Notes: generated from the letters alone by a model not told the origin. A stretch of DNA of 64,000 nucleotides from an uncultured Clostridia bacterium (GCA_938009115.1 CALLHZ010000037.1:3230-67229), one strand, 5' to 3'. Counted from the first letter of the stretch, positions 27,595-36,494 are shown. Numbers and translations are program-made.

Positions 27595-28917
27595 ATGCAG
27601 GGAGCTTCCTTCGTACTTCTGACGCTTACAGACACCTTAACGATCGCCTTTCGGGCCGATGCCCTGGGCCTTTCGTTTTTTGTCCTCGCCTTGTCGATGT
27701 GGACCGTCGCGGGCCTTTATGCTCTGCGGTACAAGGACCATCAGGAAAACAACGTACGCTTCTTTGTATTCTTTTTTTTGACGCTGATGATGCTGACAGG
27801 CATGTCTCTGGCCGCGAATTACGTTACCATGTATCTGTTCTTTGAAATGATGACCTTCTGTTCTGTGCCAATGGTGGTACACAGCGGAACGGCGGAGGCC
27901 GTGTCAGCTGCAAAGAAATATCTGTTTTATTCCATCTTTGGCGCCACCTTGGGCTTGCTCGGGCTTTTCTTTGTGAATGCCTACAGCGTTTCGATGGATT
28001 TTCTTCCCGGCGGCGTATTGGATCCTGTCAAGGTCGCAGGCAGCGAAGCCCTGCTGCAAAAGGTTCTGTTTTTCGCAGTCATGGGCTTCGGCGCAAAAGC
28101 TGGACTGCTCCCTCTTCACGCCTGGCTTCCGGCGGCTCATCCGGTGGCGCCTTCGCCGGCCAGCGCTGTCCTGTCCGGTGTCATCACGAAAGCCGGGGTG
28201 TTTTGCATCATCCGGATCATTTATTACCAGTTCGGCCCGGAGCTTGTCCGGGGCAGTTGGGTGCAACGGTCCTGGATCGCTGTTGCTCTGCTCACGATCA
28301 TGATGGGGTCGTTGATGGCTCTGCGGGAAAAGCGTTTGAAAACACGGCTGGCCTATTCCACGGTCAGCCAGGTTTCCTATATCTTGTTGGGTGTTTTTTA
28401 CTTGAATGAGGCCGCTTTGGCCGGCGCGCTCCTTCATGTGCTTTGCCACAGCGTGTTGAAGGACGGATTGTTTTTGTCCGCCGGAAACATCCTGTACCGG
28501 ACAAAGCTGGAAAATGTGGATGACTTGAAAGGGATCGGCCGTCAGATGCCCTGCACGCTGGGCTGTTTTACGTTGTTTGCTCTGGGGTTGACAGGCATAC
28601 CGCCCTTAGCCGGATTCCTGAGCAAATGGGAACTGGCCCGGGGAGCCTTAGAGGCGGACCTGATCCCGTATTCCCTGCTTGGCCCGGCGGTTCTGCTGGC
28701 CAGCGCCATGCTGACGGCCGGCTATCTTTTCCCGATCGTCCTTCGGGGATTTTTCCCCGGCCGCGGGGACGCTGCCGGCATTTCCGGTCAGGGAGAGGCG
28801 CCCGGCGTGATGGTCGGAGCCCTGGGGGCGCTGGCAGCCGCTGCAGTTTTTCTTGGGCTTTTCGGCGGTTCCGCGCTGGAATTCTTCCAGGCCCTTGCCG
28901 GCGAAGCTTTTGTATGA
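27595..28917 (+). CDS. antiporter-like subunit 2 (MrpD/NuoM family)
   Basis: GLLPLHAWLPAAHPVAPSPASAVLSGVITKAG, AYSTVSQVSYILLG. Confidence 0.8.
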   Translation: MQGASFVLLTLTDTLTIAFRADALGLSFFVLALSMWTVAGLYALRYKDHQENNVRFFVFFFLTLMMLTGMSLAANYVTMYLFFEMMTFCSVPMVVHSGTAEAVSAAKKYLFYSIFGATLGLLGLFFVNAYSVSMDFLPGGVLDPVKVAGSEALLQKVLFFAVMGFGAKAGLLPLHAWLPAAHPVAPSPASAVLSGVITKAGVFCIIRIIYYQFGPELVRGSWVQRSWIAVALLTIMMGSLMALREKRLKTRLAYSTVSQVSYILLGVFYLNEAALAGALLHVLCHSVLKDGLFLSAGNILYRTKLENVDDLKGIGRQMPCTLGCFTLFALGLTGIPPLAGFLSKWELARGALEADLIPYSLLGPAVLLASAMLTAGYLFPIVLRGFFPGRGDAAGISGQGEAPGVMVGALGALAAAAVFLGLFGGSALEFFQALAGEAFV

Positions 28918-28930
28918 GGAACGGTGAGCG

Positions 28931-30409
28931 ATGATGTCAGGAGCCTGGATCCCCATTGCGATATTTCTCCCGATACTTGGCGGGATCATGATCCCGCTGA
29001 TCGGTTTTCGTCGGCCGAAATGCCGTGAAATTTACGTGTTTTCCGTGGTTTTTGCCACCAGTCTGCTGACTGCGGGCCTGATGGCGGCGCCTCCGGAAGG
29101 CGCTGTTTCCGTGGTGAACATCACAAAGACCATCGATATCGCTTTCTATGTGGACGGTCTTGGTACCGTATTTGGCGTCCTTGTGGCTTTTTTATGGCCG
29201 CTGGCAACCCTGTATGCGTTCGAATACATGGCCCATGAGCCTCGGCAAAATGTATTTTTCGCTTATTATACGATGACGTACGGCTTGACGCTGGGCATTG
29301 CCTTTTCTGCCAATCTGATCACGATGTATCTGTTTTGCGAGCTTTTGACCCTGGTCACGTTGCCGTTGATCACCCATGACCGGACAAAAGCCGCTTATGT
29401 GGCGGGCGTAAAATATTTGGTTTACTTTGTGGCAGGGGCTACGGCAGCTTTCGTTGGGATCATCCTGTTTTTTGTGAACGGGGGCGGGCTGGAATTCGTA
29501 CCCGGCGGATTGTCTGCCGGAAATATCGACATCGCGCCCGGCATCCTCGGCGCCTCATTCCTTCTGATGTTTTTCGGCTTCGGCGCCAAGGCAGCCGTAT
29601 TTCCCGTACAAGACTGGCTGCCTTCCGCCGGTGTTGCCCCTACGCCCGTAACAGCGCTCCTGCATGCGGTGGCCGTTGTAAAGTCCGGTGTCTTTGCCAT
29701 AGCCCGTTTTACCTACTACAGCTTCGGCGCCGCATCGCTTGTGGATACCTCTGCCCAGAAAATTGCCATTTCCTTTGCTATATTCACGATTTTGTATGGT
29801 GCGGTGATGGCCTGGAAGGAAGTTCACTTTAAGCGCCGGCTGGCTTACTCGACCATTTCCAATCTTTCTTATATGATTTTTGGGATCCTGTTGCTGACGC
29901 CGGCAGGGCTGGTGGCAGGCCTGCTCCATATGCTCTTTCATGGGATCATGAAAATCGCTTTGTTTTTCGTAGCTGGCGCCGTAACCTGCCAGAGCGGCCT
30001 TCATTATGTGACCGATCTGCGGGGCTTTGGCCGCAGGATGCCCCATACTTTTGCAGTGTTTACGATCGCCTCCCTGTCCCTGATGGGTGTGGCCCCCTTG
30101 TGCGGATTTATGAGCAAATGGTATCTGTCTCAGGCAGCCATCGCCGGCGGCGGTATCTTTGCCTATCTGGGACTGATTGCCATATTGATTGCCGCGGTCT
30201 TTGCCGCCATCTATCTGCTCACCATTGTCCTGAGGGCCTACTTCCCCCGCAAGGGATACGTGGCTGCCGGAAATCCCCAGGCCGGGGATCCGGGATTGTA
30301 TATGCAGATCCCGCTGACGCTGTTTGCTGCAGCTGTGATCGCGCTTGGGTTGTTTGCCTGGCCGGTGGCTGAATGGATAGGCCGCGCCGTAGCCGGGGCA
30401 TTTATATAG
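28931..30409 (+). CDS. antiporter-like subunit 3 (MrpD/NuoM family)
   Basis: AAVFPVQDWLPSAGVAPTPVTALLHAVAVVKSG, AYSTISNLSYMIFG. Confidence 0.8.
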   Translation: MMSGAWIPIAIFLPILGGIMIPLIGFRRPKCREIYVFSVVFATSLLTAGLMAAPPEGAVSVVNITKTIDIAFYVDGLGTVFGVLVAFLWPLATLYAFEYMAHEPRQNVFFAYYTMTYGLTLGIAFSANLITMYLFCELLTLVTLPLITHDRTKAAYVAGVKYLVYFVAGATAAFVGIILFFVNGGGLEFVPGGLSAGNIDIAPGILGASFLLMFFGFGAKAAVFPVQDWLPSAGVAPTPVTALLHAVAVVKSGVFAIARFTYYSFGAASLVDTSAQKIAISFAIFTILYGAVMAWKEVHFKRRLAYSTISNLSYMIFGILLLTPAGLVAGLLHMLFHGIMKIALFFVAGAVTCQSGLHYVTDLRGFGRRMPHTFAVFTIASLSLMGVAPLCGFMSKWYLSQAAIAGGGIFAYLGLIAILIAAVFAAIYLLTIVLRAYFPRKGYVAAGNPQAGDPGLYMQIPLTLFAAAVIALGLFAWPVAEWIGRAVAGAFI

Positions 30410-30437
30410 ATCATAATCAGGAAAGGAGGAACCGCTG

Positions 30438-32249
30438 ATGGAATACAGCTTCTGGGGACCGTCTCCGTCGTTTTCGGCAGAGCCGTTTCAACTGCTCTAC
30501 GGAACGATCGCCACGATCATGTGGATCTGCGCGTTGCTGTCTTCGAAAGAATACATGCGCCGCAGGCTTCACGCAGGACGCTATTATACGTTCATGGCCA
30601 TCACTTATTTGGCTACAGCAGGGGTGTTCCTGTCCGGAGATCTTCTGACGCTGTTCGTCTTTTTTGAAATCATGTCCTTTGCATCTTATGTGCTGGTGGT
30701 GCAGGAAGAGACGCCTCAGGCGCTGGCTGCCGGAGGACTCTATCTGGCCGTTTCCGTGGGCGGCGGCATGGCTTTGCTCATGGGTCTTTTCCTGCTTCAG
30801 GATGCATTGGGGACCTTGGATTGGACCCAATGGGCCGGGGCGTTGGAGACCATGACCGACCGTAGTCGTCTCTATCCGGCCGCCGGCCTTGCGGCGGCCG
30901 GCTTCGGCGCCAAGGCCGGGCTGTTCCCCCTGCATATCTGGCTCCCCAAAGCCCATCCCGTGGCGCCGGCCCCGGCCTCTGCGCTGCTGTCCGGGATCCT
31001 GACGAAGACGGGCATTTTCGGCCTGGTGATCCTGTCGGCATACCTTTTTGAGGGAGACCGCAGCTGGGGCGCCCTTCTTCTGATCCTCAGCCTGGTCACC
31101 ATGCTCCTGGGCGCCGTGCTGGCGCTGTTTTCCGTGGATCTGAAACGCGCCCTGGCCTGTTCTTCCGTATCCCAGATCGGGTTCATCACCTTGGGTATTG
31201 CGCTGGTCTGCCTCCTGGGTCCCCACAACGCCATCGCAGCCCGGGGCGTCATCCTTTACATGGTCAACCATTCCGCCGTCAAACTGCTCTTGTTTCTCTT
31301 GGCCGGAGCCGTTTATCTGGATACCCATCAGCTGGATCTGAACATGCTTTGCGGTTGGGGAAGGAAAAAACCGCTTCCGACGCTCTTTTTCCTGACGGGG
31401 GCCGCTTCGATCGCGGGGCTGCCCTTCACTGCGGGATACGCCGGCAAGACGCTGCTCCATGAAGGGATCCTTGAATGCCTGACGGCCAATGCTCAGGCCG
31501 GCAACTTCCGGGATCTCCTGGTTGCCTCGGAGTGGATATTCCTGTTCACCGGCGGGTTGACTGTCGCATATATGGCAAAGCTTTTCATCTGCATTTTCCT
31601 GAAAAAAAACCAGGACGCTGTTCTGCAGAAAGTGTACGATCAAAAGGCGGGACCGTTTGCCGGGCCGCTCACCACCACGGCGCTGGCCGTCCCGGCGATC
31701 TTTCTTGCTGTAGCGGGGCTGATGCCGCAAACAACATTGGATGTTATGGCCGGCAGGACTCAATCTTTCCTGACGCATCACGCGCTGGAGCATTCGGTGC
31801 ATTATTACACGCCGGCCAATCTGTCGGGCGCGCTGATCGTGCTGGGCATCGGCACAGCCGTGTACTTCGGGGTCGTGCGGCGGCTGCTGATGAAGTCAGC
31901 GTCCGGAAACGGGAAATATTACGCAGATCGCTGGCCTGCGGTACTGGATCTGGAGCGCCTTGTTTTCAGGCCTCTTGTGCGGGGGATGGTCTGGACCGGT
32001 ACCATTTTTATCGGTCTGATCTTCGACCGGTCCGTGGATCTGCTCATCGCCAGCATGGAAAACGATCTGTTCCGCCAGATCCATTCCGACGAAGAAAGAT
32101 TCTCTCCCTTGGAATGGCTGCGAAACCATCCGCTGGCAAGTTTCTGGAGGCGAGTACAGGAAGCTTACACGGCTTTTTCCCAAAGTCTGTCCTTCGGCCT
32201 TTTGGCCACCGTGATCGGCCTTTGCGCCGTGTTGATCTATCTGCTATAA
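30438..32249 (+). CDS. antiporter-like subunit 4 with a C-terminal extension (MrpA/NuoL-like)
   Basis: GLFPLHIWLPKAHPVAPAPASALLSGILTKTG. Has about 150 extra C-terminal residues ending in an isolated TM helix (SLSFGLLATVIGLCAVLIYLL). Confidence 0.75.
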   Translation: MEYSFWGPSPSFSAEPFQLLYGTIATIMWICALLSSKEYMRRRLHAGRYYTFMAITYLATAGVFLSGDLLTLFVFFEIMSFASYVLVVQEETPQALAAGGLYLAVSVGGGMALLMGLFLLQDALGTLDWTQWAGALETMTDRSRLYPAAGLAAAGFGAKAGLFPLHIWLPKAHPVAPAPASALLSGILTKTGIFGLVILSAYLFEGDRSWGALLLILSLVTMLLGAVLALFSVDLKRALACSSVSQIGFITLGIALVCLLGPHNAIAARGVILYMVNHSAVKLLLFLLAGAVYLDTHQLDLNMLCGWGRKKPLPTLFFLTGAASIAGLPFTAGYAGKTLLHEGILECLTANAQAGNFRDLLVASEWIFLFTGGLTVAYMAKLFICIFLKKNQDAVLQKVYDQKAGPFAGPLTTTALAVPAIFLAVAGLMPQTTLDVMAGRTQSFLTHHALEHSVHYYTPANLSGALIVLGIGTAVYFGVVRRLLMKSASGNGKYYADRWPAVLDLERLVFRPLVRGMVWTGTIFIGLIFDRSVDLLIASMENDLFRQIHSDEERFSPLEWLRNHPLASFWRRVQEAYTAFSQSLSFGLLATVIGLCAVLIYLL

Positions 32250-32259
32250 TAGGTGCGCT

Positions 32260-32961
32260 ATGTTTGGAATTTTTTCAGGTACTATCGTCAATACCTTGCT
32301 CGTGGTCGTCGGAACCGCCGTGGGACTCATTTTTAAGACAGCCCGTCTGCAATCCATCGGCGAGCGCATTTTTCAGGTTTTTGCGTTATTCGTACTCGCC
32401 ATGGGCGTCAACGGCGCATCAGACTTGTCGCGCCCGGTGTTTATACTGATATCCATCGCCTGTGGCGTGGCGCTGGGTGAGGTCATCGATTTGGATGACA
32501 AGTTCAACCGGCTCGGCCAGACCATGCAGAAGCGTTTTGCCCGGGGCGACGACAGCCACTTCGCGGCAGGCTTTGTCCAGGCGTCGCTGCTGTTTTGCGT
32601 GGGCTCCATGACCGTGGTGGGCGCCCTGCAGTCCGGCATGGACAACAACCACAGTGTTCTATATGCAAAAAGTCTGATCGATGGCGTCACTGCGGCTACG
32701 CTGGCCATGGGGCTTGGCGTCGGCGTCGGCTTTTCAGCAGTGACAGTTCTGATTTATGAAGGGCTCCTGACACTCCTTTCCGGCCTCATCGCGCCGGTCA
32801 TGAGCGCTGAGATCATCGCCCTGAGTTCTACCATCGGCAGCCTGTTCCTCGTGGGCATGGCGCTGAACATGCTGCGGATCACGGAACTGAAGGTCGCGAA
32901 TTTTCTGCCGGCCATGTTCATTCCGATCCTGTATGAGGCAGCCAGACTCCTTTTTTCCTGA
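32260..32961 (+). CDS. DUF554 family membrane protein
   Basis: MFGIFSGTIVNTLLVVVGTAVGLIFK..., polytopic, with the two-half architecture typical of DUF554. Confidence 0.65.
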   Translation: MFGIFSGTIVNTLLVVVGTAVGLIFKTARLQSIGERIFQVFALFVLAMGVNGASDLSRPVFILISIACGVALGEVIDLDDKFNRLGQTMQKRFARGDDSHFAAGFVQASLLFCVGSMTVVGALQSGMDNNHSVLYAKSLIDGVTAATLAMGLGVGVGFSAVTVLIYEGLLTLLSGLIAPVMSAEIIALSSTIGSLFLVGMALNMLRITELKVANFLPAMFIPILYEAARLLFS

Positions 32962-33081
32962 ATAAGGCGCTTGCGGAGCCGGGCCGGGAGCGGCTCCTCC
33001 GCTTTCCAACACCCGCAGGATCGGGTATAATAGTTAAGGTGGTTTCAATCTTCATCCTGAAACATGAGGCCGGGAGGAATT

Positions 33082-33426
33082 ATGAAAGTTGAGAGAGTAA
33101 AAGAAGTGCTCGAGGCATCGGTGCTCTGCGGCGAAGAACTGCTGGACCGGGAGATCCTCTCCGCCTGCGCGGCGGATCTTATGAGCGATGTGCTGGCCTA
33201 CGTCAAGACGGAAGCCTTGCTGCTGACCGGGCTGACGAACACCCAGGTCATTCACACCGCCGACATGATGGATATCAACTGCATCGTTTTTGTGAGAGGC
33301 AAAATGCCTTCTGCGGAATTGATCGAATACGGCCGCAAGCACGGTATGATCCTGCTCAGCACGCCGCACAAAATGTACTATGCCAGCGGATTGCTTTACA
33401 GCGCCGGCCTGGGCGCCTGCGGGTGA
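33082..33426 (+). CDS. DRTGG domain protein
   Basis: ACAADLMSDVLAYVKTEALLLTGLTNTQVIHTADMMDINCIVFVRGK, with RBS GGGAGGA upstream of MKVERV. Confidence 0.7.
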   Translation: MKVERVKEVLEASVLCGEELLDREILSACAADLMSDVLAYVKTEALLLTGLTNTQVIHTADMMDINCIVFVRGKMPSAELIEYGRKHGMILLSTPHKMYYASGLLYSAGLGACG

Positions 33427-33429
33427 TCC

Positions 33430-33855
33430 ATGGACAAGCTGCATTTACATTATGAAGTAGAAGGCAACGACTTTATCGCCGCCGGCGAAGCCTCCGGGCA
33501 AGTGAAGCGGACCCTTCGCCAGCTGGGCATCGATTTTGAGGCCATCCGCCGTTGCGCCATCTGCATGTACGAAGGCGAGATCAACATGGTGGTCCACGCC
33601 GACGGCGGCACTGCCGACGTGGTAGTGGAAAAGGACAAGATCACCATCATTCTGGAGGATCAGGGCCCGGGCATTTCAGACATGGAGCTGGCCATGCAGG
33701 AGGGATATTCCACGGCATCCCAGGATGTGCGGGAACTGGGCTTCGGCGCAGGCATGGGCCTGCCGAATATGAAAAAGTATTCCGATTCCCTTGAGATCGA
33801 AAGCGAAGTAGGCAAGGGGACGAAGGTCACCATGGTGATCTGCATTCCCGGCTGA
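33430..33855 (+). CDS. RsbW/SpoIIAB-like serine protein kinase (stand-alone HATPase_c)
   Basis: EGEINMVVHA, G1 box LEDQGPGI, G2 box GFGAGMGLPNM. 141 aa. Confidence 0.7.
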   Translation: MDKLHLHYEVEGNDFIAAGEASGQVKRTLRQLGIDFEAIRRCAICMYEGEINMVVHADGGTADVVVEKDKITIILEDQGPGISDMELAMQEGYSTASQDVRELGFGAGMGLPNMKKYSDSLEIESEVGKGTKVTMVICIPG

Positions 33856-33902
33856 CGGGTCGCCGGGGAGAGGATAGATCAGCACAGATCGGAGGGTGCG
33901 CA

Positions 33903-35243
33903 TTGAAACACTCAGTGACACTGGACAAAGACAAATGCAAAGGATGCACCACCTGTATCAAACATTGCCCTACAGAGGCGATACGGGTGCGGCGGGGGAT
34001 CGCTCACATCACCGAGGATCACTGCATCGACTGCGGCAATTGTATCCGTGTATGCCCGCACAAAGCCAAGAAGGCTGTTTGCGACGACTTTAGCCGGCTC
34101 AAGGAGTTTGAATATAATATTGCGCTGCCGGCACCGTCTTTGTACGGGCAGTTTCGAAATCTTACCGACGTAAATCAGGTCCTGACCGCATTCCTTCATA
34201 TCGGCTTTGACCATGTGGAAGAGGTTTCCCAGGGCGCCGAGCTGGTCTCCAGCCTGACGAAGCACATGCTGGAAAGCGACTCCGATATCCCAAAGCCGCT
34301 GATCTCTTCGGCCTGCCCCGCTGCCGTGCGCCTGATCTGCCAGCGCTTTCCCAAGCTGATCCCAAACATTTCGAAAGTCAGCGCGCCTTTCGAGATCGTG
34401 GCGATCCTGGCCCGAAAGGAAGCCGTGGAGCGCACTGGTCTGCCCCCGGAGAAAATCGGTATTTTCTTCATTACTCCGTGCCCGGCCAAAGTGAGCGCCG
34501 GCCGGAATCCGGCAGGACTGGACGCGCCGGTCGTGGATGGATTTTTCGCGATCTCCGATATCTATAAGCGCCTGATCACGGCCATGAAGAACGCGGAGGA
34601 GACCCAAAAGCTGGCCCATTCCGGCTTGATCGGCGTAGGCTGGGCCCACTGCGGCGGCGAGTCCAACGCAGTGTTCGAAGGACAGCATCTGGCGGTGGAC
34701 GGTATCGACAACATCATCGAAGTGCTGGAGGATCTGGAAGACGGCTTGCTGCCCCAGATCGATTTTCTGGAACTCAACGCCTGCAACCAGGGGTGCGTGG
34801 GCGGTTGTCTCACAGTAGAAAATCCCTACGTGGCCCAGACGCGGATCAAGCAGCTGATCCAGCATATGCCCATCAGCATGAACAAAGTCGCTCTGGACCC
34901 CGGCCCGCCGGCATACATGTTCGACGACAAGCCCCTGGAGGCATCTCCGGTGAACGTGCTGGACGAAGACATCGAGATCGCGATGCATAAATACACCCAG
35001 ATCGAAAAACTGGTCGAAACGTTGCCCGGGCTGGATTGCGGCAGCTGTGGCGCGCCGACATGCAAGACCCTGGCCGAAGACATCGTTCAGGGACTGGCTT
35101 CGGAGGACGACTGTATCTTCCGCATGCGGGAACGCATGCAGTACCTGATGGGTATGGGCGATGCGGACGAATACCTTCCGCTGCCGTTCCGGCGGCGGGA
35201 TGACGAAGCTGAAAAGTCAGAACAGGAGAGAAACGAACCATGA
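33903..35243 (+). CDS. HydS-like putative sensory [FeFe] hydrogenase (2x[4Fe-4S] ferredoxin domain, H-domain, C-terminal 4-Cys Fe-S motif; no PAS domain)
   Basis: CKGCTTCIKHCP and CIDCGNCIRVCP. H-cluster-like motifs SSACP, ITPCPAKV, ELNACNQGCVGGC. C-terminal LDCGSCGAPTCKTLAEDI. Apparent TTG start. Confidence 0.8.
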   Translation: MKHSVTLDKDKCKGCTTCIKHCPTEAIRVRRGIAHITEDHCIDCGNCIRVCPHKAKKAVCDDFSRLKEFEYNIALPAPSLYGQFRNLTDVNQVLTAFLHIGFDHVEEVSQGAELVSSLTKHMLESDSDIPKPLISSACPAAVRLICQRFPKLIPNISKVSAPFEIVAILARKEAVERTGLPPEKIGIFFITPCPAKVSAGRNPAGLDAPVVDGFFAISDIYKRLITAMKNAEETQKLAHSGLIGVGWAHCGGESNAVFEGQHLAVDGIDNIIEVLEDLEDGLLPQIDFLELNACNQGCVGGCLTVENPYVAQTRIKQLIQHMPISMNKVALDPGPPAYMFDDKPLEASPVNVLDEDIEIAMHKYTQIEKLVETLPGLDCGSCGAPTCKTLAEDIVQGLASEDDCIFRMRERMQYLMGMGDADEYLPLPFRRRDDEAEKSEQERNEP

Positions 35244-35569
35244 CAGTAGCCGAAGTAGCGAAAAAACTGAACCTGACCTGCCATGTGGCCGACAACGGAA
35301 AGAGGCAGGTGGAAGGCGGATATGTGGGCGATCTGCTCAGCTGGGTCATCGGCCGTGCCGGGCAGGGAAGCGCCTGGGTCACCATTATGTCCAATCCCAA
35401 TGTGGCAGCAGTGGCCATGCTGGCCGATACGGCCATGATCATTTTAGCCGAAGGCGTTCAGCCCGATGAGACCCTTCTGGCTAAGGCCAGGCAGCATAAG
35501 CTTGCGCTGTACACAGCCTCCGAAGGGGCCTATGAGCTGGCCTGGCGGCTCCACGAACTGATCGGCTGA
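35240..35569 (+). CDS. DRTGG domain protein
   Basis: GYVGDLLSWVIGRAGQGSAWVTIMSNPNVAAVAMLADTAMIILAEGV. ATGA overlap with the upstream gene. Confidence 0.7.
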   Translation: MTVAEVAKKLNLTCHVADNGKRQVEGGYVGDLLSWVIGRAGQGSAWVTIMSNPNVAAVAMLADTAMIILAEGVQPDETLLAKARQHKLALYTASEGAYELAWRLHELIG

Positions 35570-35599
35570 TGCCGGCGCCCGCCGGAGCGGGAGGCGCAG

Positions 35600-36331
35600 A
35601 TGAAACTATATTACGATCTCCACATCCATTCCTGTCTGTCACCCTGCGGGGACAGGGAAATGACGCCGGCCAACATCGCCGGCATGGCGCATCTGGCAGG
35701 ATTGAATATCCTGGCGATATCCGACCACAACTCGGCTCGCCACTGCCGCGCTCTTGCAGCATGGGCGGCCCGCTATCAGTTGCTGTCTGTGCCTGCCATG
35801 GAATTGAATACCAAGGAAGAAGTTCACGTCCTCTGTCTTTTCCCGGATCTGGAAACGGCAGAGGATTTTGATGCTTATGTCCGGTCCAGGCTTGCCGGCA
35901 TCCGGAACCGTCCGGAGTTTTTCGGCGAGCAGCTTCTTTTGGATGAAGAAGATCAGGTGGTCGGCTGCGAAGAACTTCTCCTGACAGCGGGAGCGGACAT
36001 AAGCATCTATGAGGTGTCACGGCTCCTGACTTCCCTCGGAGGCCTTGCGATCCCGGCCCACATCGACAGAGACTCCAATTCGGTCCTGTCCAATCTGGGT
36101 TTTGTGACGCCGGAAATGGGTTTCGAGGTTTCGGAGATCACCCGAAAGGCTCATTCTGAGACGTTGGGCGCCGCTGTGGCGCCTCTTCGCGGAAAACCCT
36201 GCATCACGAATTCCGATGCTCATTACCTTGAGGACCTCCCCGACGCAGAATTTTCGATCGAAGTGGAGGAGCGCTCCCCCCGGGGGGTCATTGAAGCCCT
36301 TCGAAAAGGAAATGGTTTAGGAAGATTGTGA
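35600..36331 (+). CDS. PHP-domain phosphoesterase
   Basis: YYDLHIHSCLSPCGD, ISDHNS, IPAHIDR, NSDAHYLEDL. Confidence 0.8.
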   Translation: MKLYYDLHIHSCLSPCGDREMTPANIAGMAHLAGLNILAISDHNSARHCRALAAWAARYQLLSVPAMELNTKEEVHVLCLFPDLETAEDFDAYVRSRLAGIRNRPEFFGEQLLLDEEDQVVGCEELLLTAGADISIYEVSRLLTSLGGLAIPAHIDRDSNSVLSNLGFVTPEMGFEVSEITRKAHSETLGAAVAPLRGKPCITNSDAHYLEDLPDAEFSIEVEERSPRGVIEALRKGNGLGRL

Positions 36332-36391
36332 ATATTTCGTCAAAAAACCGTAATTATTCATCCCATATCCCAATATACCCTACAGGTTCGG

Positions 36392-36420
36392 TTTACATTG
36401 CATAGGTGTTATGTTAAAAT
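36392..36420 (+). promoter_or_regulatory. sigma-70-type promoter (extended -10) of the hydrogenase structural operon
   Basis: TTTACA (36392-36397), 17-nt spacer ending in TGT, TAAAAT (36415-36420), in an AT-rich 163-nt gap. Confidence 0.5.
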
Positions 36421-36494
36421 TGTGACGAACTATAGGGTTTCGTTTTTTTGGTTGTTATTTTTTTCGTTATCGATGTACAAGGAGGTTCTGACAC

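Noticed and set aside
30417-31802. 461-aa minus-strand ORF, and the 324-aa +-strand alternative-frame ORF (31475..32449), within the MrpA-like gene.
   Set aside because: The products are highly Arg/Gly/Gln/Pro-rich and non-hydrophobic. They lie opposite to or out of frame with a gene that has the conserved antiporter core motif. Both are GC-skew artefacts.
36332-36494. The AT-rich 163-nt island between the PHP gene and hydC, considered as a possible sRNA or mobile-element scar.
   Set aside because: It is adequately explained by a promoter (TTTACA / TGnTAAAAT) plus the 5' UTR and RBS of hydC. I saw no inverted or direct repeats or ORF remnants.
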